From a virus: DNA of 64,000 bases. Location of the stretch: the IMG/VR virus record IMGVR_UViG_3300011116_000925, positions 24,486 through 88,485 of that record, one strand, 5' to 3'. Under the pieces are notes generated by a model, which made no database searches, was not told the DNA's origin, and saw only the letters and a list, made by a program, of their open reading frames with translations. The position numbers and the translations under genes were made by a program. Position 1 is the first letter of the stretch, and the number at the start of each line of letters is the position of its first letter. Positions 9,396-18,493 of this stretch are shown here, piece after piece.

Positions 9396-10025
9396 TTAAT
9401 ATCCTTCGTCTTCAGTATGATCTAAGTTTATTGATGGTTCTTTTTTAATGATTTCGGCAACCACCATATTGTCCATTTTATAACCCTTAAGAGAATATTT
9501 AAACCATCTCTTAACGAAATCTGAATTTGTCTTGCCTTCTAGTACCAATTTCTTTTCAATGATCTGTTGATGAGTATTTGGTCCAAAATAAAATGTAGAT
9601 CCATCATATCCAACCTTACATACACCGAAATCAAATGTATTAAAAATTTCATCATAGGATTTTAAAAATTCTCGAATAATTATCTGTATTTTACCTGATC
9701 CAGATTGAAATGTCAATGCATTGTCAGTTTGAATTATCATATGCATGCCATATTTGTTTTCTAATCTAAATTTAAAATATTTTAAGGCTTCTTCGGATTC
9801 AACCCAAAAATCAAAATCATTGATAGAATCATAACTTTTATCTAAATACAAAGATAAAGCTCCACCACCACAAAAGAATATTCCATGTTTTCTTAGATTT
9901 GGTAAATCAGATATTAAATCTCCTGGAAATCTATTAGAAGGTTTTATTGATGACCCAAATGATACTTCTTCAATGGATAAAGTATTTGTAGCTCTAGGTA
10001 TACCAAACCAACTCATTATGTCCAC
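9396..10025 (-). CDS. nucleotidyltransferase, CCA/poly(A)-polymerase head-like
   Basis: GGGAL...NDFDFW and FDFGVCKVGYDG. Confidence 0.6.
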   Translation of the reverse strand: MDIMSWFGIPRATNTLSIEEVSFGSSIKPSNRFPGDLISDLPNLRKHGIFFCGGGALSLYLDKSYDSINDFDFWVESEEALKYFKFRLENKYGMHMIIQTDNALTFQSGSGKIQIIIREFLKSYDEIFNTFDFGVCKVGYDGSTFYFGPNTHQQIIEKKLVLEGKTNSDFVKRWFKYSLKGYKMDNMVVAEIIKKEPSINLDHTEDEGY

Positions 10026-10843
10026 AATCCTTCTCTAATTTTGACTAATCTAATCAACATTTCTTCATCTTCCTTCATATGTTGATTATCAAGATCATTC
10101 ACCTTTTGTAGAATATTTTTTTGTTCTTGTTGTTCTTCATCTGTAAGTTGCATACTGTTTATCCAGAAACCATCCTTCTTTAAATGTTTCATTTTTTCAC
10201 AATATGCAGACCACCCTGATTCATCCATTGAATCTTGACGCAATGGTCGTATCTGTGTCCACCATAGATATAATTCTTCGATTTCTTTTGCTCTAATTGC
10301 TTGATCAGTTAGGGTTCCATATATAGAATCAGATGGTTTATAGCCCATGCTTTCATCATTCGTGAGTCCCTTTTCCCATCGAAGATGATCTAATCCAGCA
10401 TCTCGATTTCTATAATTTTTAATTCTAAATAATCCATTGCTAAAGAATGGGAGGGAATATTTCTTCTTAGCTGATTCATCAAATACCATTGTCTTCCATG
10501 ACAATTCAATTTCAACATAATCTTTCAACAAGCTAAAACATGAATGTAGTATCCTATCACTAGTATCATAATATCCAGGTTTTAAACCAGTATCTACCAT
10601 ATGATATCTGTCAAATAAACGATGTCTAATATAGTTTTTGCAATCCATATAACCATTACGAATTGGATATGTGATATCATTAATTTTATCCCAAATTTCT
10701 TCTGTGACAAAATATGCCCATGGCCTAGATGTTTTCAATTTATTTTCCCAATTATCCCATTCTTCTAATGACAGATATTCTGGTTTTTCAACCTTCATTC
10801 TAGCACGTAAATAATCTTGAATATTCATTCTATATAAACCCAC
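10016..10843 (-). CDS. hypothetical Trp-rich phage protein
   Basis: Long ORF ending in GLWT. Confidence 0.7.
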   Translation of the reverse strand: MGLYRMNIQDYLRARMKVEKPEYLSLEEWDNWENKLKTSRPWAYFVTEEIWDKINDITYPIRNGYMDCKNYIRHRLFDRYHMVDTGLKPGYYDTSDRILHSCFSLLKDYVEIELSWKTMVFDESAKKKYSLPFFSNGLFRIKNYRNRDAGLDHLRWEKGLTNDESMGYKPSDSIYGTLTDQAIRAKEIEELYLWWTQIRPLRQDSMDESGWSAYCEKMKHLKKDGFWINSMQLTDEEQQEQKNILQKVNDLDNQHMKEDEEMLIRLVKIREGLWT

Positions 10844-11184
10844 ATGTTCTTTTTGTATTTTCTTAGATAACCTAGAAATAAATGATTTCCATTATCAATC
10901 TTAACTCGCTTAATATAATCCTTAGGAGGCATTTGATCTGCATAAGGATCAACAATTATATGATTAGATTGCTTTACAATAATCATTCCCATAGAACAAC
11001 TATTTAAAATTGCCACTCGATCACCAACCTTTGGTCGAGTCGTTTGATGTATCCATCCAGTTGATATAAAATCAAATCCAATATTAGAATTAGTCCACTC
11101 GGGAAAATCTTCTAATTTCTTTTCTAAATATATTCTTCCATAGATAATATTCTTTAATATCGTTAAAATGGAATTAAACATCAA
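10825..11184 (-). CDS. hypothetical protein
   Basis: ORF in gene run. Confidence 0.55.
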   Translation of the reverse strand: MMFNSILTILKNIIYGRIYLEKKLEDFPEWTNSNIGFDFISTGWIHQTTRPKVGDRVAILNSCSMGMIIVKQSNHIIVDPYADQMPPKDYIKRVKIDNGNHLFLGYLRKYKKNMWVYIE

Positions 11185-11195
11185 TTACAACACTA

Positions 11196-11432
11196 TTAGG
11201 TAGCCTTCTTACGTCTAACAAGAAATTCTGGCATTCTTGGCCACCCATCTGCATAGAAAAATTTAGGATCAAATTTTGGAATATTATCCTTTTTCTTTTT
11301 AGAAGGTTCATTTTTGGTTTTTATTTTTTTGATTTCAGATACTTCAGCGGCGCCCAATTCTTTTGCCACTATTGCTGGATCAACTTTTTTAGTAGTTGAT
11401 TCCTTAATTTTAACCTTAGATTTATTGCCCAT
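11196..11432 (-). CDS. small Lys-rich hypothetical protein
   Basis: ORF in gene run. Confidence 0.55.
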   Translation of the reverse strand: MGNKSKVKIKESTTKKVDPAIVAKELGAAEVSEIKKIKTKNEPSKKKKDNIPKFDPKFFYADGWPRMPEFLVRRKKAT

Positions 11433-11434
11433 AA

Positions 11435-11632
11435 TTAATTCCGAATTGATATATGTTTTAGATTTCGAGCTTTAGATCTTAGATTAAGGTGTGGTTGCCC
11501 AGTTCTTCGATTAATATTTGCTGCAATTCCATTAAATTGAGTACCTAATCGAGATAATTGCCTCACTGCTCTTTTGGCCAATTCTAATGCTCGTTCCTTA
11601 GTATTTCGTTTGGTTGTTTGTTTCTTATACAT
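11435..11632 (-). CDS. small basic hypothetical protein
   Basis: Preceded by TTGACC-N17-TAAACT-N6-ATG. Confidence 0.55.
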   Translation of the reverse strand: MYKKQTTKRNTKERALELAKRAVRQLSRLGTQFNGIAANINRRTGQPHLNLRSKARNLKHISIRN

Positions 11633-11679
11633 TATTAGAGTTTATATGATTGATCAATCTAGGTCAATCAATAAATTGG

Positions 11680-12138
11680 TCATAACCTAAAATCTTCCTG
11701 TCCGGCAATCTTTAGTTTTATAACATTGTTAATTTGGAAACCCTTAATATCAAGGGTTTTAATAATACCCTGCCATTTATTTCTCATTAATGCTACTTCA
11801 TTAATCAATTCTTGGTATATGACAACTTCATCGTCACCATCTGCATATTTCTCAGCATCTCTACTAGTCAATAACCGATTATATCCCTCTAAATATTTTC
11901 TAAATATTCCAATTTTCTTTTTATTCATTATAATGTTTAAATGTTCAAGAATGGCTTCAATTTCCTGAAGCTGTGAAAATCTTTGTTCTACGATACCAGG
12001 AAGATCACGGCTCAATTTTTCAACTGAGCCGGATATCCTAACCTCTAGTTTGGCTTGTAAATATTCTGATTCATACCAATCTAATGCATTTGGAATTTCA
12101 GATAAATTAGATTTGACTTTATTAAACCAAATTGCCAT
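11680..12138 (-). CDS. uvsY: UvsY-like recombination mediator
   Basis: SRDAEKYADGD...GFQINNVIKLKIAG; next to uvsX. Confidence 0.75.
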   Translation of the reverse strand: MAIWFNKVKSNLSEIPNALDWYESEYLQAKLEVRISGSVEKLSRDLPGIVEQRFSQLQEIEAILEHLNIIMNKKKIGIFRKYLEGYNRLLTSRDAEKYADGDDEVVIYQELINEVALMRNKWQGIIKTLDIKGFQINNVIKLKIAGQEDFRL

Positions 12139-12368
12139 TATTCCTCAATTTCTTCCTCTTCATCATCAACTTCTAACGCTCTAGCTATTGATACGCTTAA
12201 GACTGAATCATTTCTAGCCAATTCCATTAGATCTTCATCACTCATATTATTACCCAGCAACCATTCTATATAGGCATCAGCGACTAGATTCTTTTCTTTA
12301 GGTTGAATACTAATAGCAAAAATATCCCATAATTCTAATGCAATATCTGCATCTAATATCACATGCAT
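12138..12368 (-). CDS. small acidic hypothetical protein
   Basis: Coupled between uvsX and uvsY. Confidence 0.65.
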   Translation of the reverse strand: MHVILDADIALELWDIFAISIQPKEKNLVADAYIEWLLGNNMSDEDLMELARNDSVLSVSIARALEVDDEEEEIEE

Positions 12369-13429
12369 TATTCTTCCTCACTAACTTCTGATATAATTTC
12401 TAAAATTTGGCCCGATATAAATTCCCAATCTAACATGATCTTCATTAATATATCATCGGAATATGCCTTTTTGAATCCAATAAATTCTTCACCATTACTA
12501 AATTTAATCTTATAGCGATTTCCTTCACGAATGAAAACATTTTTAGATTCCAACATTTCCCACATTCCACTAAATGGATTCATCCCTTCATCCCAAGGAA
12601 TCTTAATCTGAACACTTTCAAATGGTTTATTATATCTAGTTTTCATAACCTTACATGCTGCTCTGATACCTCGAACATCAGTAACTTTATTTCCATCAGA
12701 ATCTTCCTTAAGCTTCAATTTTCTCATTGCTACTACAATTGAACTAGCATAAATGAACCCCTGGCCGCCACTGATCTTGTCATCAGGATCAAACATGTCT
12801 TGGCTCGCATATGTATGATTTGTGGCAACTAATCCTACGTTGAAATTGCCAAACATGTTAACACAATTTCGTATTAATGCTGTCAGTGCCTTAGGTTTTC
12901 GACCCATATCACCTTTAAGTTCACCACGGTCGAATTGATCAATATCTGTTTGTGTCAATAACATACCTAAACTATCAACAATGAATAATACCTTTGGTCT
13001 CTTGTCTTCGGGAGTTGCTCTATATTCCTTCATAAAATCTGAAATCAACTTTGCAACCTCATCAATCATACTTACACTAGCTTTGATGAGTTTATCTTCA
13101 TTGGTATCAACACCTAAGGCCTGTAGCCAATTTTCATCCAATGCATTTTCTGAATCAATGATTATAGGAAGCCATCCCTTAAGTTGAGCTTCTCTAGCTA
13201 AATTTCCAGAACAAATGAAACTCTTTCCACTACCACTTTCTCCCGCAAACATGGTAACTTTTCCCATTGGAACGCCCTTAAAAAAATCACCACTTATTCT
13301 ATAATTTAATACATAATTTCCTGTACTGATCCAATCGGTTGGATCATTAAATCCTAATGCCATATTAGGCACTGCTTTAGTCAAACTTTTTCTAAATTTT
13401 GAAATGTCGAACGCTTTGGTCATGATCAT
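12368..13429 (-). CDS. uvsX: RecA/UvsX recombinase
   Basis: WISTG, GESGSGKS, IVDSLG, TNHTY, ISGGQG. Confidence 0.92.
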   Translation of the reverse strand: MIMTKAFDISKFRKSLTKAVPNMALGFNDPTDWISTGNYVLNYRISGDFFKGVPMGKVTMFAGESGSGKSFICSGNLAREAQLKGWLPIIIDSENALDENWLQALGVDTNEDKLIKASVSMIDEVAKLISDFMKEYRATPEDKRPKVLFIVDSLGMLLTQTDIDQFDRGELKGDMGRKPKALTALIRNCVNMFGNFNVGLVATNHTYASQDMFDPDDKISGGQGFIYASSIVVAMRKLKLKEDSDGNKVTDVRGIRAACKVMKTRYNKPFESVQIKIPWDEGMNPFSGMWEMLESKNVFIREGNRYKIKFSNGEEFIGFKKAYSDDILMKIMLDWEFISGQILEIISEVSEEE

Positions 13430-13455
13430 TCTTCCTTATTAATATAAATTAGTAG

Positions 13456-13488
13456 TAATAGTGAATTGATGACATCAATTCACTATTA
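13456..13488. repeat. perfect 16-bp inverted repeat (terminator or processing hairpin)
   Basis: TAATAGTGAATTGATG-A-CATCAATTCACTATTA between gp32 and uvsX. Confidence 0.7.
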
Positions 13489-13495
13489 TTCATTT

Positions 13496-14494
13496 TTAAG
13501 ATTTTGGTTGACGATCTCGAATCATCTTTAATATATCTTCAGCTCGTGCGCCGCCAGGTTTCTTTGTTTCGATAACCTGAGATATGGGAGTCGTCTGTTC
13601 TGCAGAATTTTTATTTTCCACAATACGAACTTCTGGTTTAACAACATTTGAAGTTACGTTTGTTGTAATTAAATCTGCATCATCAGTTTCTGCAGTAGAA
13701 TTAGTCTTTCGATCATATGATTTATAAAACATCCCAAATTTATCTGAATCAAAATTATCACCATTTACACTTGATTCAAACATTTCTTTAATAAGCTTTA
13801 ATTCATCAGTTGTTGGTTTCTTTGGAAGAAAATCCTTAAGATTAAAGAGTCCAAATTTTTCAATAGCTTCTAATTCTTGATCATTAAGAGGACGTTCTCG
13901 ACGTGCCCAGGTGCTTGTACCATAATCAGCATATTGTCCTTTAGAACCTTTGATAATTCTAAAATCCAATCCACGTTTAATATCAGTTGGAAGTTCTTCC
14001 ATCTCAGGATCCATCAATGCTCCCTTAATAACATTGAAAATCTGAGGATTAATAACCAACCTACGAATTGGATTTTCGGGAATAACTTCTTCTTTCATAG
14101 GACTATCTACTATAAAGCCTTGAAAAATATAACTACGCTTTTTCCAATACTTTCTTCCCATATCTTCAAGACTCTTATCCTTGAACCAATTTCGTACTTC
14201 AGCTAAGATAGGACAAGTTTCTCTCCACATCTCCATACAAGGAACTTGAACAGTAATAGACTTACTGTCGTCTTGACCCTTAATACCACGAAAAGGTAAT
14301 TTAATCATATTTCTTTCAACCCAGAAAAATGAATTTGTGGTATCTTTGTCTGCCAAAAATCTAACGGTTGCGGTGCTGTTATCTGGAATATTCCAATGTG
14401 CATATACACTGGTATCTGTGGAAGCACCTGTTCCACTTTTTCCTTTTTCAGATTCTGCCTTAAGCTTTGCTCTAATTTCTAATAATGTTGCCAT
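13496..14494 (-). CDS. gp32-like single-stranded DNA-binding protein
   Basis: VRFL, CPIL...W, YWKKRSY, GLDFRIIK...YADY; adjacent to uvsX. Confidence 0.85.
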   Translation of the reverse strand: MATLLEIRAKLKAESEKGKSGTGASTDTSVYAHWNIPDNSTATVRFLADKDTTNSFFWVERNMIKLPFRGIKGQDDSKSITVQVPCMEMWRETCPILAEVRNWFKDKSLEDMGRKYWKKRSYIFQGFIVDSPMKEEVIPENPIRRLVINPQIFNVIKGALMDPEMEELPTDIKRGLDFRIIKGSKGQYADYGTSTWARRERPLNDQELEAIEKFGLFNLKDFLPKKPTTDELKLIKEMFESSVNGDNFDSDKFGMFYKSYDRKTNSTAETDDADLITTNVTSNVVKPEVRIVENKNSAEQTTPISQVIETKKPGGARAEDILKMIRDRQPKS

Positions 14495-14536
14495 AATGTT
14501 TCTCCTATAAATTTTGCCATAATGCTTGCCATAATG
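14488..14536 (-). repeat. three copies of CATTATGGCAA in the gp32 leader, the last containing the start codon
   Basis: TTGCCATAATG on + at 14488, 14514 and 14526. Confidence 0.85.
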
Positions 14537-14544
14537 TATCTAAT

Positions 14545-14577
14545 AAAAAATGCATTACAAGTTACTATAATGCATTT
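14545..14577 (-). terminator. possible intrinsic terminator
   Basis: AAATGCATTATA...TGTAATGCATTT followed by a T run. Confidence 0.5.
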
Positions 14578-14622
14578 CTATTTATGTCGTCTATATTATA
14601 ATATTAAAATCTGTAAGATTGA

Positions 14623-17600
14623 TTATGGTTTTACTCCAGTCTGTAAAGCTTTGGCAGCAGCCATCAATCTTGTTTTGTCTACGAAGTTTTTAGTTGCATC
14701 CATCTTATTGGTCAATACCTTAGACAAATCCTCAAGACTCATATTATTAATGTCTGATAAACTTGGTCCACCCATTGAGGAAGTACCCATTGAAGACATT
14801 GATGGCATCGAATCTGATGATGAATATCCTGTTGCATTGTTTCCACCATATCCATCTCGACCCATCAATACGGCCATTTTGTAAATCAATTGATTTACAG
14901 TTTTCTTATCTTCTTTCATTGCACTAGGTGCAACTCGACGAACAACTGGTCTCAATGGTTTCTGATTCATAGTCATTGGTCTAATTGCAGGACCTGTTGT
15001 TCTTGGAACATTAGATGTCTGTTGTGTGGTCGCAGTAGGTGGTTGTGGTTGACCACGTTGAGGAGGCATTGTAGGTGCAAGTTGTGGTTGAGCTGACGCC
15101 TGTTGTTGACTAGGCATAGATGTGTCTCCAACACCAGGTGACATAGAATTCATCATATTCAACGCTGAATTAAAATCATTTGTCATTTTATCAACTGGAT
15201 ATCCCATTCTAGATCCCCAATTTCTTAGAGCAGTGATTGCTTCTGGACTATCAATTTTTATATTGGCCTTTCCCAGAGCTTTCATAAAATCAACATAAAT
15301 TTTATTTGCGTGTTGATTTGTTTCTTTTTCTCCAGCAATCTGTGCCTGTTTTCCACGAGCCATTGGACCAAGAGCATTCCATGCTTTTCCCCTAGCCCAA
15401 GTACCTAAGTTTTTACCTACACCAACAGGTGCTTCACTTAGATTTTTTTTTTGCTTTTTTCGAGATTCAGACATTCCTTTACTTGAAGCGGACATCGCTA
15501 ATTGTACCTGTTTCAATGCATTAGTTAGATGTATTGATAAATTCTTAGGCAAACTTGGAATTGTTTCCCTAATTTTATTATAAACATCTGTTAATATATC
15601 CGAATCAGACATTCCTTCATGAATTGCATTTGGTTCAATTTGTTGATTAGAAGTTGTTGAACCTGCTAGTTCTAATGCTTTGTGAATTTCCTGTAGTGCC
15701 TTCATTAAATATTGAGATATATGTCTTGGTAAACTTGGAATTGTTTCCCTAATCTTGTTATACACATCATTCAATATTTCAGAATCAGACATGCCCTCAG
15801 ACATTGTTGCTTTTTCCGTTGGACCCGAAGATGCTTTAACCACATTAATTGCCTGTAACATTGCTTGCATTGCCTGATTCATGTGTTCAGATGCAACCTT
15901 TGGCATACTAGGAATAGCTTCTCTAATTACATTATAAATTTCACCTAAGATAGTAAGATCTGGTCTTCCTTCATTAATTTGTTTAGATTCAGTAACTTTA
16001 GATAAAGACTTCAATTCTTTTTTAAGTTTGGCTAGATCTTGTTTCCAATAACGATCATACATATCAGTACCACTGGCTCCGCCATACCAACCTTGATCAG
16101 ATTCAAGCTTCTTAATCTTTCGTTCCAGTGATGCTTTCTTATCAGTATTTTCTAAGGCCTTTTCTTTGCTAGGTTTATTCACGATACGACCATGAGCTGT
16201 CATTTCCTTACCACGAGGAATACCTTTAAATTTAGTAGAATTTTTCTTGATAGCTTCATCTACTGTTTGAACTTCTTTTTCTTTTCGTTTGTCAATCTTC
16301 TTTCCTGTTTTATCATTTTTCTTTTCTTTTGATAATCTTCTCTTTGTTTCCTCAGTTTCTTTTTTTGTTGACGCTGCTGATTTTCTTGCCTCGTTAACAT
16401 GTTCTTTATTTTCCCTATAATCTTTATCGCCCTTATGACCTACAAGCTTGTAAGTTTCATCATGTCCTGCTTTATATGCTTCTATTTCAGATTTATCAGT
16501 TAAACTAACTCGTCTTCCATCTATGATTTTATGTGGGTTTTCTCTACGACCATACCATGCATCTGCACCACCTCTATCAAATGGTCCACCATGTGTTCTA
16601 TCATATTTAGAATTTTGTCCATCATCTTCATTTTCTTCTTGAGTCTGTTCTTTTCCAGGCATTATTTTTTCAAGTTCATTTTGAGCCATGCTTCCAATTT
16701 TTGCTCCAGTCATTGCACCAGCTGGAGTTTTTGTTAATGCTCCGCCTGCAACTGCTCCTAATGCTGCTCCTGTAAATCCTTCTGTAATTCTAATTCCGTC
16801 TTTTCTTAATGCTTTGCGAGTAGTATTTTCAAGTATTCTAATTAAATTGTGAGTTTTCAACCATTCAATAATTACCGGCCTTGCATCGTCTTCTGCATTT
16901 CGCTCCGCTAGATCACTCAACATGAATGATAGTTTTTCATCTTCTATTAAACCAATTAAACTACCAATAGCATTAATGCCATCTTCACCAAGATTAATCT
17001 TCGTTTGCATCAATTCATTGAATTTCTTTTTTTGATCCATACTAGTTGGACTAACATTAACTCCCTCGGTAATTAATCGAGCCCAATCCTTAAAGCTTTC
17101 CATATATTTTGTAGGTGAATTATTTTCTTCTATATCTCCCTTGAATGCGCCTAAGGTATCAGCATTTACAAATGCCTGAACCAATGCTAATGCTCTTTTA
17201 TATTCAGGACTTGCCTTTTCTTTTGCAAATGCCATTCTATTATGATGATCATCTAACATATCACTCATACGACTCATAAAATTAGATATTTCTTCATTTT
17301 TACCGGAAAATTCAGATGCCACATCACTTGCTTTACGAGCAAGTTTACTTGCTCCTTCTGGAGTTCCAATGTCAGTTGACATAGATACTACCAATTTAGG
17401 ATCAAGTTTTTTAGAAACCATAACTTGTTTTAGGTAATTCATAACGGCAACCATATTACCAAATACACCTCCTTCTTGATCACGTTCTTTTTCCTGCAGT
17501 AAGGCACCAATCAATGGCAATGTATCTGACAAACTTTCGTCAAACGACTTAACCGTAAATGTATTCTTTAACATTTGTATCCTATCATCATTAAGTTGTA

Positions 17601-18468
17601 ATTCTGGAGTTGATTGCATACTAGCAGACATCTGTCCATATGTCTTTGAGTTGCTCAATTGTTGCAAAATATTCTTAGCATCAATGATATTTTTAGAAAC
17701 CACATCTAAAATTGTTGCCGTGCTTTCATTTACCAATCCATTATTCTTAGCATATCTTTGGAATTTCTGTAATTTAGATATCCTACCAGCCCATTCTAAA
17801 ATTCTTTGGCCAACAACATCGTGCATCGTACCACTATTAACCATATGCCGCGCCATTGCACGGCCAGCCCATAGATTATTAACTGGTAATCTAAATCTTT
17901 CACCTTGACCATTTTCAAGATAAATTGATTTTATTGCTCTAGTTCTACTTCCCTTGATATTTTCATCAATTGGTTTCATATGTTTTACAATAAGTTTAAT
18001 ATTATCCAACTTTTGGTAGCTACTTCGAGATGAACCAAACATAGGGTTCAATGCCTCACTAATTCCATTCATCGCAAGTTCCTTTTCTTTTGATAATTCC
18101 AAATTATCTTGTTTGCTGTCATCAATCGCCTTAGTGAAATCATCTCCAGTAACCCTATTAATCGTAAATCTCACATCTGGTCTCATATCAGCAACACGTT
18201 TCAATCGCATTATAAATTTTTTATAGATCCCTCGAGATCTATCATCCATATTATCTTCCATATTCGGAGTTACCAATACAAGTAGATTATTAGGATTCAG
18301 GATACTTATTGACATTTTACCATATGAAAAATATGGAAAACTAATTACTTTTGCAGTTTCTCGGTCTGTTGTTGGCTGCCCATTTTCATCAGTCATAGTC
18401 ACACTAGTAGGATCTATGGAATTAACTACTTCATAGATATCTTTTATGATTCCAGTATCAGCTTGCAT
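14623..18468 (-). CDS. 1281-aa probable internal head protein with internal repeats
   Basis: TAAATA-N4-ATG start; many hydrophobic-x-E sites; three roughly 58-aa repeats; glycine-zipper segment; follows terminase. Confidence 0.6.
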   Translation of the reverse strand: MQADTGIIKDIYEVVNSIDPTSVTMTDENGQPTTDRETAKVISFPYFSYGKMSISILNPNNLLVLVTPNMEDNMDDRSRGIYKKFIMRLKRVADMRPDVRFTINRVTGDDFTKAIDDSKQDNLELSKEKELAMNGISEALNPMFGSSRSSYQKLDNIKLIVKHMKPIDENIKGSRTRAIKSIYLENGQGERFRLPVNNLWAGRAMARHMVNSGTMHDVVGQRILEWAGRISKLQKFQRYAKNNGLVNESTATILDVVSKNIIDAKNILQQLSNSKTYGQMSASMQSTPELQLNDDRIQMLKNTFTVKSFDESLSDTLPLIGALLQEKERDQEGGVFGNMVAVMNYLKQVMVSKKLDPKLVVSMSTDIGTPEGASKLARKASDVASEFSGKNEEISNFMSRMSDMLDDHHNRMAFAKEKASPEYKRALALVQAFVNADTLGAFKGDIEENNSPTKYMESFKDWARLITEGVNVSPTSMDQKKKFNELMQTKINLGEDGINAIGSLIGLIEDEKLSFMLSDLAERNAEDDARPVIIEWLKTHNLIRILENTTRKALRKDGIRITEGFTGAALGAVAGGALTKTPAGAMTGAKIGSMAQNELEKIMPGKEQTQEENEDDGQNSKYDRTHGGPFDRGGADAWYGRRENPHKIIDGRRVSLTDKSEIEAYKAGHDETYKLVGHKGDKDYRENKEHVNEARKSAASTKKETEETKRRLSKEKKNDKTGKKIDKRKEKEVQTVDEAIKKNSTKFKGIPRGKEMTAHGRIVNKPSKEKALENTDKKASLERKIKKLESDQGWYGGASGTDMYDRYWKQDLAKLKKELKSLSKVTESKQINEGRPDLTILGEIYNVIREAIPSMPKVASEHMNQAMQAMLQAINVVKASSGPTEKATMSEGMSDSEILNDVYNKIRETIPSLPRHISQYLMKALQEIHKALELAGSTTSNQQIEPNAIHEGMSDSDILTDVYNKIRETIPSLPKNLSIHLTNALKQVQLAMSASSKGMSESRKKQKKNLSEAPVGVGKNLGTWARGKAWNALGPMARGKQAQIAGEKETNQHANKIYVDFMKALGKANIKIDSPEAITALRNWGSRMGYPVDKMTNDFNSALNMMNSMSPGVGDTSMPSQQQASAQPQLAPTMPPQRGQPQPPTATTQQTSNVPRTTGPAIRPMTMNQKPLRPVVRRVAPSAMKEDKKTVNQLIYKMAVLMGRDGYGGNNATGYSSSDSMPSMSSMGTSSMGGPSLSDINNMSLEDLSKVLTNKMDATKNFVDKTRLMAAAKALQTGVKP

Positions 18469-18493
18469 CTTATATTTAGTCTATTTAAATATT

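Noticed and set aside
14522-14884. 120-aa plus-strand ORF
   Set aside because: Antisense to the 1281-aa gene and the gp32 leader, with no recognisable features
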